64,000 bases of DNA from Leucoraja erinacea (lineage: Eukaryota), in contig NC_073404.1 in assembly GCF_028641065.1 (NCBI RefSeq), positions 14,136,001 through 14,200,000 on the forward strand, given 5' to 3'. Under the pieces are notes generated by a model. The model worked only from the letters and a program-made list of their open reading frames with translations, made no database searches and was not told where the DNA came from. This document shows positions 12,653 through 25,487 of the stretch, in pieces (within the stretch, counting starts at the first letter, position 1; every line of letters begins with the position of its first letter). The translations under genes were made by a program, and so were the position numbers.

Positions 12653-13610
12653 AATAATAATAATAATAATAATAATTTTATTTATAGAGCAGTTTAAAAA
12701 CAAACATAGCTGCAACAAAGTGCTGTACATTACTAATCATTGACAAAAAAGTTAATACACACCAAAAATAACAATCAAAAGAAATAGTAGGAAAAGACAT
12801 GTAAAATAAAGAAACATCAAAAGCACCACAAACAGAAGCAAAGCCTCAGGCATGGTCAAACGCCAGGGAGTACAAATGTGTTTTAACACTGGATTTGAAG
12901 ATGGACAGTGAGGGGGCCTGTCTGATGTGCAACGGCAGGGTGTTCTAGAGTGCCGGAGCAGCAACAGAGAAGGCTCTATCCCCTCTGAGCCTCCGACTAG
13001 ACCTCGGTACCTCCAGAATCAGCTGACCAGCTGACCTGAGGGACCGGGCAGGAGCGTATGGGTGGAGCAGCTCAGAGAGGTAAGGTGGGGCAAGCCCATT
13101 CAGAGATTTAAAAACAAATAACAGTATCTTAAAATGAACTCGAAAGTGCACCGGGAGCCAGTGTAGGGGGGCCAGAATTGGCGATATGTGCTCCCTCTTT
13201 CGAGTCCCTATTAAAAGGCGAGCAGCAGCATTCTGAACCAACTGGAGACGAGCCAGTGAAGAACGAGCAACACCAAAATAGAGCTCGTTACAGTAATCCA
13301 GCCTAGATGTAATAAAGGCATGGATTACTGTCTCAAAATGCTGCCGCTCGAGAATGGACTTCACCTTCGCCAACTTCCTTAGGTGAAAGAAGCTGGACTT
13401 AACCACCGCGCATATTTGGCGAGCTAATTTAAAGTCGCTGTCCATCCTAAAACCCAGGTTCACAACTGTTGGCTTCACGTACTTTGACAATGGACCTAAA
13501 TCAACAACTGGAGGTTCACGGCAGCCATTGGGATCAAATAAAATCACCTCTGTCTTCTTTTCATTAAATCCAAGAAAGTTTAGGGCCAACCAGGACTTAA
13601 TGTCATCATT
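12653..13610 (-). mobile_element. 5'-truncated L2 LINE with TSD
   Basis: Open 214-aa ORF (LNEKKTE-like motif, HAFITSRLDYCN, LQLVQNAAARL, LHWLPV.FR..FK); (TAA)n tail at 12653-12676; AATTCTT duplicated at 12646-12652 and 13611-13617; empty site in the other copies. Confidence 0.92.
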
Positions 13611-13775
13611 AATTCTTGAAGAAAATGATCAGAATGGTCAATCAGCTCTCTCCTTGCAATTATTTAAATGTACTTACCGTCTCAGTACTGCAGTTGTTCC
13701 TTCATTGGCAACCACGCCTTTAGCTGCACAGGTCACAGGCATTGGAATGCACCTCCATCAGTCCAAATAGAAGCA

Positions 13776-13806
<31 letters not shown>

Positions 13807-13900
13807 GAGAAGTGGGAAGTGAGAAGGTAGCAAGGAAAATAGTTTGTTATATTCGTTCCAGTTCTGTTGATCCGAGCAGTGGAAGATTTAGGCAGGACAT

Positions 13901-14222
13901 TTATAAGGAGAGGGAGCTGGAGTGGGTATTGTCAGGGGAATGGGTAGATAATGTGGTAACAGGTAAATAGACCATTTGAGAGGAAAGAGTTTGAAATGGA
14001 GCACCAGAGTTTTCGTTAAGGTAAGAGAAAGTGGGCAAGGGGGCACTTTGAGGGCGGTTGGGCAAAGTAGGAACAAAAGTGACAGGTAGTGGAACAACAG
14101 CATTGGAACGAGATAGGATGGATATAAAAGTCGTAGATGTGGTGTCTGCACACTTTGAACTGACGGATGGACATTCCACCAGATGACCTGGGATCACAGT
14201 GACTTCAGTCACTGTTTTACAA
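13901..14222 (-). CDS. ZDHHC19-like exon 7 (S/T/P-rich tail with stop), copy 2
   Basis: TTTTAG acceptor; phase 2 continues into ORF 13901..14236 (CKTVTEVTVIPGH...SSLSL*). Confidence 0.65.
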
Positions 14223-17200
14223 CTAAAATAAAACAAAGTGAACTAAATTAGTAATGCTGATGTTCAGACTTACAATGCAGCTGGAACCATAAGAAGTCTA
14301 TAAGACCATGACACATAGGAGCAGAAATAGACCATTCGGCCCATCAAGTTAACTCCATCATTCAATCATAACTGATCTGTTTATCTTTCTCAACCCCACT
14401 CTGCCACATTAAAGCTTCAATCTAAATTTATCAGGATTATTTAAGGGAACGGTGATTACTATATTATATTGTATTGCAATATCTATATTATAGATTGTGT
14501 TATATTTCCATCACTGGTGAAATGGTTTATCTCATAGTGTTTTAATATCATACTGTATTTAAATAACAGATTGGCCAATAGATTACGTTGTCTCAAATTC
14601 TTATTTTACAAGGCGATCTTACCTCGATAGCTGATTACCGAACGACAGGGCAGTAAAGTTTCTCCAACATCCTTTGTGAAAAGGATTCTTATCGCTTTTA
14701 TATGTCCTCAAAATCTGTCATAAAAAAAATTATATTGATCAGTCAATGGACAATAGAGAATAGGTGCAGGAGTAGGCCCCCAGGCTCACATGGTAATTAA
14801 TTGAAACAGCCCAGATCCAAATTGAACATCGTAACATTGCAGTTAATGACTTCAACAACTCAACTGATTTAAAATGGCTAACCTGTGCTTTATGGCAGGT
14901 AGCAAGACAAGGAATCACCACACCACTAAATCCAAAAGGTGATTCAGAAAACTGCCATAACAGCAGGTGGTATTTTGAACAATAATTAAGGCAAATGACA
15001 CGAATAGCTTCAAGGGAAGCCAGAGAAATACACGAGTCATGAGATGAATAAATAAGGGTGGGGAGAGGCTCTTGTGAACCCTAAACACAGACTAGGTTAA
15101 ATCCCTGTTTCTGTGTTTAAATGAAGTGAAAATTAAATTACAACTGTTATCTTTACTTTTACCTGCTCATACGTGGTCATTCCAGCTGCGATGAGGTAAG
15201 TGTGGAAAGCGAAAAAGAAAAATAACGGTACAGAAGCAAGAAGCGAAATTGTAGCAAGAATAAAACTGCAAAACATTATTAAGGAAAATATCATTTCTTG
15301 CAATCAACATCAAAAGAGACAAGTAAATTGTTTAATGAATCTTCAGCCAAGAAATTCTGCTAGAGATTTACCCCCTGGATTTTTACCTGAAAATGTTGTG
15401 CTGTGTTTCTTGAGTTATTAATTCAAATGTTCACAAAACCGATCCAACTTTGCATTAAAAACGCTTGTTTTTTTCTGCTGATGACGTGACAATGGATCGG
15501 CCTGCCGTCTGCTCGCACTGCGATTCATGTCACCTCCCACCCCTCCCTCCTCCTCGTCCCCCGTTGTTCAAGATACCTGTCGATTGAAGACATTTGCCCG
15601 ATCGCGCCTCAACCCGGGCCCTCGAGCTTTGGTCGACGCACGCTCACGGGGTCGAGGAAAGAGATAAAAAAGATTTCCCCACTCCCACATAATATAAAAA
15701 CTAAAGGGTCACTAAAAACACACAAGTAAACACAGACCAAAATAGCAAAAGAAAAAAAAGACGAGACAGGCTGTTGGCGCGGTTGCCCTGTATAGTGCCA
15801 GCATTGTAACCTAACATGTGAGGGCTGTCTATAATCTGGGTGTTTATGGGGTGAAATGATGCAGGATCCATCACTGATACGTTAGACTCAATAGGCTACT
15901 TCTGTACTGCTTAATTATCTGGAATGCTGGAGTCTAATTTATTAAGCACTTTGCAATGTGGGATATACTGTGCTAATAACTACGGACAACATAACTTTCT
16001 TTCAAATGCCAGTGAAAGGATACGTGGTGATCTTGGATAGAAATAGTGCATTGGGATTTTTCACTAGAAAGATAGTGCAGAAGGAAAACATGAGAAGAAA
16101 ATAGACAGTTAAGGAAAAGAGTAAAGTGTAGAAAAAACGATGATTTCTTTTCCCAATGCACTTTTTAAGGAAGAAACAGTGATGGTCAAGATCCTGTTGA
16201 CAACACAGAATTGACAATTTCAGTACTCAGCAATTTTTTGTACATTATATAAACCATTTCAATTGTTTTCTGATAGTTGTGTTAAAAATAATCTATCTTT
16301 AAAATTATTTTAATTCTCTGCCTTTTTCCCATTTTTATAGTCAGATCAGCTACACTTTGGTCATCCATCAGCTCAACCAGCACAATGCACCACAAAAAAT
16401 CTCCCTGCTCATGACCTAAATGTAATTCGAATGAATTTGGGAAATTTTGGAAAAGATTTAATAGGAATGTGAGGGGCTTTTTATTTACACATAGAGTGGT
16501 GGGTATATGGAACAGGTGCCAAAGGCGGTAGTTGAAGCAAATACTACAACCACATTTGGACAGGTATATGGATAGAAAAGGTTTAGAGGGACATGGGTCA
16601 CATGTGGGCAGTTGGGATTAGGGTAGATGGGGCACCTTGGTGGGCAAATTGGATCAAAAGGCCTGTGTGCATGCTGTATGACTCTGCCGAACAGAACACA
16701 ACTGTGTGATTCTGGATTGTGCTATCTACAACTAATTCATTCACAACAACTCAGCATCGTTGGCGAAAAATTGCTCATCTATAGCTACCCTCAAACTGGC
16801 TGACATGGTCCAGGGATCCCATCATGGGCAAGTGGAAACATTTACTTAACAAGGCCCTGTTCCGAACTGGGAGAAACGATCATGGTGTTATCTTCGGTCA
16901 CTTTTTTTAGGCCAAGTATTGCTTGAGGATATTTGTCTATAACTCTTTGTGGCAGCCTTGTTACAGAAAAACAGATGCCCAAAATATTGCCCACGGACAC
17001 TGTATATACTTTACCCACTGCTCTCCGAGCAGGCACTCTGAACTGCAGTGACCTTTCATAACTCCGAACAATCAATCAAGGAGAATTCCTCAAAGAACAA
17101 TGGATCAAATTTGTTCTAGATTTTACCTCTATACACACATCGCAGCTGTAGCAGTGTCGACATCTTGGGGGACGGTAGATCTTACAGATATGGCACCACT

Positions 17201-20200
17201 TGCTGGTAAAGATGGTGCCATTGATCATCACCTCTGGTGCATCCAGAACCCCACTGACGTCGACAGAATCTGAAACAAAAGGGAATTGAACTGTGAAGAT
17301 GGAGGTCCATTAACTTGTGGTGACATTTCACAAACTACCTATACTGGGTAGGTGGTGGAAATGTCATTTACGGGCATTTTTAAAACATGATCACCATGTA
17401 TGCTTCAAAGCAGTTATGGAAAAGGATAAAGTTTATCTTCAGGTTAAGCTAAAATGGAGAATGCTGATTTCAATAGTGCAAGTGAGCCCTCAGCAAAAGT
17501 AGATTGGGAGCAAATGTCAGCGGGTAAAACAATACCTGACGAGTGGGAGTCTTTTAAAAGCGATTTAGTGTTTAGGGACACTGTTTCCTGTTTCACTCAA
17601 ACAACAAATGTCTTGCACTCCCACTGTCAGTGAAAGGGGCGCCGTCGAATGTAGCTGCCCTGCCAGCAGCTGTTATTCCTTACACCCTTTACTTTATTTT
17701 TAGTGAGTTAACAGTGTTTGTTTTGGAGGTCTAATCTTTTATATGTGGGGGGTGAGGGGGCAGGGAAGGGGGAAACTTTTTTTTTCTCAGTCCCTACCTG
17801 GTCGGAGATGCGACTTTTCTGAGCCGCATCTTCGCCCCTTCCTCACGGCCTACCACGGGCCTGGAGCGGCGTTTCCTGCTGGGACTTCAGTGGTGGCACA
17901 GCGCTGAAGCGCCATCACAGAGCGGGCGATGCCTTACCTGGGTCGCCGTGCAGTGGGCTGAGGAGTGCTGAGACCGCCGATTACAACATTGCGGAGCTGC
18001 GTTCAGTGGAGCGTCCAGCTGCGGGGCTGCGCTGAACTTTAAACACTGCGGGAGCCTGGGATCTCTCGCCGAGCTCGAACCAGTGCGGCCTGTGGCCTTC
18101 GGGAGCTGCATTCTCCGGGGAGGAAGCGGCCATTCCAGACACTCCAAGCCGCTGAGAGGGTTCTGCCCACGCCGGAGTTCCATCATCCGACGAGAGGGCC
18201 TGAAGCATAGGCTGCCGTAGTGGCAACTGCGAAGGCCTCAAATAGGCCTGACCATGGGTGAGCAGGGGTTAGGACTGGACTTTGTGCCTTCCCTCACAGT
18301 GGGAACCAATGTGGGGGCATGTTTTTATGTTTATAGGGAGGTTGCAAGTAAGGTCATCGGGTCAAAGTGCGTGACGCACAAGGAGCTCAATCCATGTGGA
18401 GGACATGGCAGCATCTGGCACACACTTAACACACGGAACGCGTACCTTATTACCTGTTAAAAAACGCCAAAATTGTCATTTTTTGTGCTATAAATATTTG
18501 TGGGTGCTGTCATTGAAAGTGGGAAGGTTTGCTCTGAACCCGAGCACCAAGGTGTAAGCGGCCGAAGGAGCACCCCTCGGGACAGCCCCCACTCTCCCAC
18601 CCGGGGTCAGCGCTGTCCGGCCACAGCTGCCCTCCTCCCCGTCTCCCTCTGTGGGCCGCACTGTCACGGGGCTGTAGGTCGGCAGCGCCCACACATGGGG
18701 CCGAGCGGGGCCAGGATGGAGCGGGACCGGGGCCGAGGTCGGAGCGGGGCAACGTCAGCTACAGCAGAGTTGGGGGCGGTCTGCTCCCTCCGCCCACCCA
18801 GAGTCATTGGCCGCGCTGCACTGACACACCGACCCCTCGTTCGCCTCCCACCCCTGGCCGCGGGAATAGATGGCCTGGGGTCCGCGGGTGTGCAACCAGT
18901 CCGGTTGCTGGGCTAGAAGAAGGGCCCGTTGTACAGGCAGCCGTAGTAAATGCTTACCTGCAGTGCACCGTGTGTACTCCAGTTGGCGTTGCATTGCAAC
19001 AGTACGCGTCACGGGTCATGACCTCGACTGCGTGCAACCTCCCTATTGTTAAATTCTTTAATGTTGTGTCTTATTTTTATTGGTGCGCTGCAAATGGCAA
19101 GTCAAATTTCACTACACCAATTGGTGTATGTGATAATAAATGTCCTTTGACACATACTTCGATGTTGAGCAGCCTGCACCCTAACTTGCGATGCCACCCA
19201 GTATGGGCTGTGTGCTGTCTGCCTACAAAATGAAGGTAAGGGTCCCACCCGACCTGTCGCTTATGCCTCCCACACAATGTCTGACACAGAACGGCGCTAC
19301 GATCAGATCAAAAAGGAAATGTTCGCTATACCTTTTGCCTGCAAGAAATTCAAGAACTTTATCTTTGGGAACCCAGTCACAATTGAAACTGACCACCAGC
19401 CCTTGGTCAGCATCGTGAACAAACCAATGCACGCGGCCCCTACACGGTTAGAACGTATGATGATGGAACTACAAAGGTATGACATAAAACTGATTTACAA
19501 AGACATAAAGGACGTGTACTTAGCCGTCACCCTGTCACAGTCACCGCGAGGCAGCTGCGAGAAGTACATGTCAGGACGATGGTTATGTGGTTATGATGGT
19601 GTCTTACCTTCCATCCGCGTGTTTTGATCACCTTGCAGCACAAACGGCTGAAGCCAAATCGCAACAGTCGCTCTCCACTGTCATCCTTCATGGTTGGTCA
19701 GACAAACACTTCCAGCTGCCTCCAATTTGCCCGTTCTACCCGGTTCGCGACTAACTAGTTTTCCAGGACGGAATTGTGGTGAAGGGACTCAAGGCAGTTA
19801 TTCCGGCATCTCTGTGCATCACATATTTCGAGGACGTCCACGGGGCCATCCCGGGGTGGAAGCAACTATCCAGTGAGCAAAAAGTATGTTCTTCTGGCCT
19901 GGGATGCGTGATTAAGTCGAAGCCTGCGCGGTTTGCAACAGCTTAGCTCCGCACCAGCCCAAACAACCGCTCTTCTCACACCCCACACCGGACATACCCT
20001 GGTACACAATTGCGGCTGACAATTTCGAGTGGCATAGGAAACAGTACCTTGTCCTAGTTGATTCATACTCGGGGTGGTATGAGATTGATTTGCTCAGCAG
20101 TCCTACCCCGCCATGGCCATCCAGAAACTTGCGCGCCACTTCGTTGGCCAAAGGGCACCGGTCCCACTGCTCTCTGACAATGGCTGTCATTTCTCCAGTC

Positions 20201-21280
20201 AACTCTTCAGGGGTTTCGCTAAACACTGGAATTTTTGCCACATAACCTGCAGCCCCGAATACACGCAGTCCAACGGCCTGGCTGAACGCGCAGTAAGAAG
20301 TGCCAAACAGTTAATGGACTGATCACACAGGGCCGGCTCCGATGTCTATCGCGACTTGCTTAACCTGCGGATCATCTCCTGTGATCCGATTCTGGGATCC
20401 CCTGCCCAGCGTCTCATGTCAAGGCAGACACGCAGTACTCTACCTATGGCCAAGCAGATGCTACGGCTACAAGTTCGTGCTCCAGCAGCATTTCAATCCA
20501 AGCTCCAGCAAGGCCGAGATGCTCAGAAGAAATATTAGGACAAGACCAGCGTACCACTACCGCCACTTACCAAAGGGCAAGTCTTCCATTTGCAGTCGCC
20601 CAAAGGCTATGACCGCCTGGGTGTTGTTCTGGGGTCCACTGAGGAGCCACAATGCCGACAACCCCGGTACCTTCTCCTGTTCAATCTCCACTCAAGGAAG
20701 GACGGGTACCACCATACGCATGCAGGATGTGTTTGCAAGCCAAATTGGAAAATTCACTGTCTATCTCTGAACTGTGTACGACTTGCTTTATTTTACATGC
20801 TAGCACGATGTATAAGTGTACTCACCCGATATTGCTGTTTTACAATATATTCCGCCAAATGTTTTTTAAATTATGCATTGGTTCTTTAAGAGGAAGGATG
20901 CAGGTTAACCATATTAATCTATGCCCATATAATCTCCACTACACATAATATGCATGTCACACATTCCACCATATAACCCAGTCCAAGTTTTGGGCATCAT
21001 GAGTACTGTACTTTTGTCAGCCTGTCGTTATGCCACGGCAGTTAGTACTTGAGCTGATGTGATGAGCACTGTTGTGTATAACGTTCTCTCTTTGTGATTT
21101 TAATAAAAGACTAATGGTTCACGACAGACTTTGTAATGGATCACTTACTAACATTTACCTCTGGCAATAATTCCTGGATTCATACACAAACACAGAGCGT
21201 AGCTGCTCACAGTAAAGATCAAAAATAGAGATTGCAGTATAGGCACTGCAATTGTAACATTCCTTGTCAGCCAAACGCAC
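13901..21280 (-). CDS. ZDHHC19: ZDHHC19-like DHHC palmitoyltransferase, copy 2 (exons 2-7, open frame; exon 1 not found)
   Basis: Exons 21280-21159, 17269-17127, 16193-16024, 15265-15163, 14714-14623 and 14222-13901. All are GT-AG and phase-consistent. They encode TM2-NPG, the CxxC..RPPR..HC..C..C....DHHC.....C domain, TM3/TM4, TTYE and NPF.KG..NF motifs. Closest to ZDHHC19 of the ERF2/ZDHHC9 group by recollection of sequence. Confidence 0.8.
14623..14714 (-). CDS. ZDHHC19-like exon 6, copy 2
   Basis: ILRTYKSDKNPFHKGCWRNFTALSFGNQLS (PaCCT-like NPFxxGxxxNF); ACAG acceptor and GTAAG donor. Confidence 0.85.
15163..15265 (-). CDS. ZDHHC19-like exon 5, copy 2
   Basis: FILATISLLASVPLFFFFAFHTYLIAAGMTTYEQ (TM4 plus TTxE). 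Confidence 0.88.
16024..16193 (-). CDS. ZDHHC19-like exon 4 (DHHC), copy 2
   Basis: DLDHHCFFLKKCIGKRNHRFFYTLLFSLTVYFLLMFSFCTIFLVKNPNALFLSKIT. Confidence 0.9.
17127..17269 (-). CDS. ZDHHC19-like exon 3 (Cys-rich domain), copy 2
   Basis: DSVDVSGVLDAPEVMINGTIFTSKWCHICKIYRPPRCRHCYSCDVCIE. Confidence 0.9.
18334..19045. mobile_element. Non-autonomous DNA transposon (MITE) with TAGGGAGGTTGCA terminal inverted repeats, possibly Academ-type
   Basis: TAGGGAGGTTGCA at 18334 and TGCAACCTCCCTA ending at 19045; truncated copies at 11412-11694 and 63559-64000. Confidence 0.7.
19270..21153 (+). mobile_element. Gypsy/Ty3 LTR retrotransposon remnant (RNase H, integrase, PPT, 3' LTR)
   Basis: IETDHQPLVSIVNKP...RLERMMMELQRYD (RNase H); SDNG.HFSS..F..FAK.W...HITCSPEYTQSNGLAERAV (integrase); purine tract AAGAGGAAGGA then TG at 20899; AATAAA at 21102; CA at about 21153. 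Confidence 0.85.
21159..21280 (-). CDS. ZDHHC19-like exon 2 (TM2 plus NPG); only one copy in the window
   Basis: CVWLTRNVTIAVPILQSLFLIFTVSSYALCLCMNPGIIAR; TTCCAG acceptor and GTAAAT donor; phase 1 joins exon 3. Confidence 0.85.
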
Positions 21281-21337
21281 CTGGAAAAGTTGAAAATTAT
21301 ATCTTAGATATTTATAACACCAATAAGAGACCTTTAA

Positions 21338-21920
21338 GGGCCTGTCCCAGTAGCATGCGGCGAGCGCGACCTATCGTGGTCGCTTGAGCCGTACGGACTC
21401 GCGGGCCGGTCCCACTTCGATCACCGGAGCCGTATGGAGTTGTGCGGGGCTGGTCCGGACATCGCGCGGGGCTCCGAAAAACTGACCGTCCAAACCAAAG
21501 TTCTTTGGTCCAAACAGTCTGAAGAAGGGTTTCGGCCTTAAACGTTGCCTATTTCCTTCGCTCCATAGATGCTGCTTCACCCACTGAGTTTCTCCAGCAT
21601 TTTTGTGTACCTTTGGTACCGCAGCCACATTGAGGCCGTACGCAGCGTCTTGACGGCGTACTATCGCGTGACGTTGCGCGATTACGTCACCGCCCGGCGT
21701 GCCGTTGCGTGATGACGTAAACGCCCGACGCCGTTCGACGTCCAAATTCAGTCAGCCCGCCTCCTGCCCAGCTCTTGGTGAGTATGATGTCAGGACCAGC
21801 CCCGCACAACTCCAGACGGCTCCGGTTGGAAGTGGGACTGGCCCCGCGAGGCCTTACGCCTCAAGCCACGACATTTGGTCTCACTCGCCGCATGCAGTCG
21901 CATGTTGGTGGGACAGGCCC
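21338..21920. mobile_element. PIF/Harbinger-like MITE with a nested short repeat
   Basis: TIRs GGGCCTGTCCCA...TGGGACAGGCCC flanked by TAA/TTT; its right end is duplicated at about 22740-22875. Confidence 0.7.
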
Positions 21921-22179
21921 TTTATTATCTTAACAATAAGCTTTCCCCAACTAATGCTCCCACACAATGATGAAGCCCAACTTAATCATGCCAACTAAGT
22001 TACTTCAGTGAGCTTGTTCCACTTGCCTGCGCCTAATCCATATCCTTCCAAATAATTCCTATGTACCTAAGTGTCTTTTAAATATCATATTGTATCCGCC
22101 TCTACCACTTCCTTTGACAGCTAGTTCCAATTATGCACCACCCTCTGTGGAAGAGTTGCCCTTAGGTCCCTTTTAAATC

Positions 22180-22730
22180 CTGATTGTGGACTTCAGAAGG
22201 GGTAGGATGGGGACCCACAGTCCCATTTATATCAATGGTGGAAAAGGTCAAGAACTTCAAAGTACTGGGCATGCATATTTCCTGGTCCCAGACATTGATG
22301 CAATTATAAAGAAAGCACATGAGTGGATCTAGTTCCTGAGAAGATTACGAGAGTCGGTATGTCAAGGAGGACTCTCTCGAACTTCTACAGGTGCACAGTA
22401 GAGAGCATGCTGACCGGTTGCATTGTGGCTTGGTTCGGCAACTTGAGCGTCCAGGAGCGGAAAAGGCTGCAAAAAGTTGTAAACACTGCCCAGTCTATCA
22501 TCAGCTCTGACCTCCCCACCATTGAAGGAATCTATCGTAGTCACTGCCACAAAAAGGCTGCCAACATCATCAAGGACCCACACCATTCTGCCCACACACT
22601 CATCTCTCCGCTGCCATCAGGTAGAAGGCACAGGAGCCTGAAATCTGCAGCATCCAGGTTCAGGAACAGCACCTTCCCCACAGCCATCAGACTATTAAAC
22701 ACAAATTCTGAAACTCTGAACTATATAACA
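22180..22730 (+). mobile_element. Rex1/Babar-type LINE 3' fragment
   Basis: TLSNFYRCTVESMLTGCIVAWFGN...KRLQKVVNTAQ.I...LPSGRR.RS...RFRNS.FP.AIRLLN. Confidence 0.85.
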
Positions 22731-25487
22731 GCGTATTGATGTCGGGACCAGCCCCGCACAACACCAGACGCCTCCGCGGTTGGAAGTCGGACCGGCCCCG
22801 CGAGGCCGTACGCCTCAAGCCACCACGTTTGGTCGTGCTCGCCGCATGCAGTCGCATGCTGGTGGGACAGGCCCTTTATTATCTTAACAATGAGCTTTCC
22901 CCAACTAATGCTCCCACACAAAAGGACAGGAGTCCACAATTCAGCCCTTTGAGCTACTCTTCCTATGGGTGAGATTATGGTCACTTCTGTTCCCTCAAAG
23001 CCAAACACAAGAACAAGGGGAAGAGAGTGGCACACAGCTGATGGAGTTGTTTCATCATTAACTAAACGGATCACTGATTTGATTGTAACCTCGAGTTCAC
23101 ATTAATGTCTGCCCATGGTAAACCATTTCTTGCTTATCAAGTGTCTATCAACCTTTGTCTTAAAAAATATTCGAAAACTTTGCATCCAGTGTCCATTTAT
23201 AAAAGAAAGTTTCCAAGATTGCAATTATTGAAAAAAAAAACCTTTTCCTTAATCATAATTAAATGTGTAGGACAGAACTGCTCCAGAATTGCTCCAGCAA
23301 TTCAGCGGGACAGGCAGCTTCCCTGAAGAGAAAGAATGGGTGATGTTTCAGGTCGAGACCCTTCTTTAGACTGAGAGTTTGGGAAGAGGGAAACTAGTGA
23401 TGATTAGTGCGGGTAAGGGGAGTGAGCCGGTTGATGTCATGCCGGCAGTTAGAAATAAAAAGACTATAGAGGGTAGAAGGCCGTCCGGATAAATCCATGA
23501 GGAGGGGGACTGGTGAAGATGGGAGAAGGAGTCATCACTGGGTGATGGGGACACACTGTCATAGAAAAAGGCACGGAGGCAGAGGAGATGGAAGGAAAGC
23601 TCTATGTCGTGGTGGACTCGAACACGTTGAGGTGGGAGCAGAGGGGATACCATTATGCATGCATAGACCGAGTCATAGCTATTCAGCACAAAAACAGGTT
23701 ATTTGGCCCAATTTCGTCATGCCAACTAAGTTACTTCAGTGAGCTTGTTCCACTTGCCTGCGCCTAATCCATATCCTTCCAAATAATTCCTATCTATGTA
23801 CCTGACTAAGTGTCTTTTAAATATCATATTGTATCCGTCTCTACCATTTCCTTTGACAGCTGGTTCCAATTATGCTCCACCCTCTGTGAAGAGTTGCCCT
23901 TAGGTCCCTTTTAAATTCTTCCCCATTCAACTTAAAACAATGCACTACCCTGGGGAAAAGGCTTGGCTATTACCTCTTTTATGCCCCTCAAGATGTTTTA
24001 AACTGTGACAAGATCAACTCCCTCCCACCTATGTTCCAGGATAAACAAAACAGCCAATCCAGTCTATATATAACTCAAACTCCCCAGACCCAGTGACAAT
24101 CTCATAAATTGTTTTTGCATCCGTTACAATTTAATGACATCCTTTCAATAACAGGGCACCAAGACTGTACCCATGTGGCGTTAACAATGTCCTAACACCT
24201 ACACTCAATGCCTGAGAGATGAAAATGTGCCCCGCAACCCATTCACCACCCTGTCAGTTTGTGTTGCCACCTTCATGGAACTATGTACCTACACCTCTAG
24301 TCTTATGAAAGGTCTCGCCCCGAAATGTCAACCATTCCTTTTCCATCACCGAATCCTCTACTACCACGTGTTTTTTTGTTCAAGTGAGCCATTGCATTGG
24401 AGAGCCAGTGAGATCACATCCCCTGTTGTAACACTATGTGAACTGTAGGGGATCCAGGCCGGGATTGATATGCGTCATAACACATCTCCCAAAACACTTC
24501 TTTAGTGCCACTGGTTGGTAGTCTGTGGGGCAGGCATGTCACTTCACTCTTCTTGGACAATGTTATTGTTGATGTTCCTTTAAAGCCCCTCACTGCACCA
24601 TTACTGTTGATGCCAGGAGCTGTGCCAGACAATTCTAAAAAGGATGAGGAGCCAACCTGGTGAAGCCGCAACACGTATGCTCTGCAGCAAGACAGCACTT
24701 GGTTGCAACAAGGTGTCCTGTTCCATATATTCATTAAACCCCTTCACTCCTGGCCACAGTCTGACAGAAAAGTGTGTGGAGGGATGGAAAGATGTAGAAT
24801 GTGGAGGGATTAAGTGTGAAGTATGGAGGGAGAGAGGGAGTTCGCAGGAGGTTTGAATGTGGAAGGATGGAGGGAGGGGTGGAGTGTGTAGGATGAATGG
24901 AGTGTGGAGAGGTTTCACTGTCAGACTCTACCCTATTTTCTAGACCATCATCTGGACTGTTCTGGCCTCCGTTCGCATTCATTACAAGTACCGACGTGCG
25001 AAGCCTCCCAGCAAACAAGTGCTCATCCGCGATCCCTACGCTTTTAATGGAGTTCATAAAATTATCGATGGCTGTGCTTTCAAAGTGTACGGACATTGGG
25101 TGAAGAAGGGTTTGCAACAGAATCGAGCAGCTTTGTTTGAGAATTCTCCAAAAGCCGTCCTGTTCTCCCTGAGAGAGGCCACAGCCCAGCTGGCATGAAT
25201 CCACCCTCCCTGTGGTCAATGATGTTAGTTGGTAGAAATGCTGCACGAGTCCGGCACCGAGCCTTGCCCTGCATGCTGTTTCCATTTGTCTTTCTGCTAA
25301 GTGTGCAATGAGGGTGTAACTATATGAATGCAACTTGCTAATGTAAACTTAGAGAAGCCGGGTGGTGGTTCAGATCCCAAGCAGTTCTGCAGTATGTGCT
25401 GAGAAACATTGGCATCGGTGTGATTTGGTAACTTCACACTGGTTTATAGTCGACCCCCTTCCCTCTGCCTGCTGCCCCTGCTTGGCT

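Larger units (their letters stand above)
11690..18616. repeat. Segmental duplication unit, copy 2 (tandem, partial)
   Basis: Repeats 4935-11694. The junction carries a GCTGT microhomology. It has a private L2 insertion and two private deletions (near 14405 and 14776). Confidence 0.95.
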
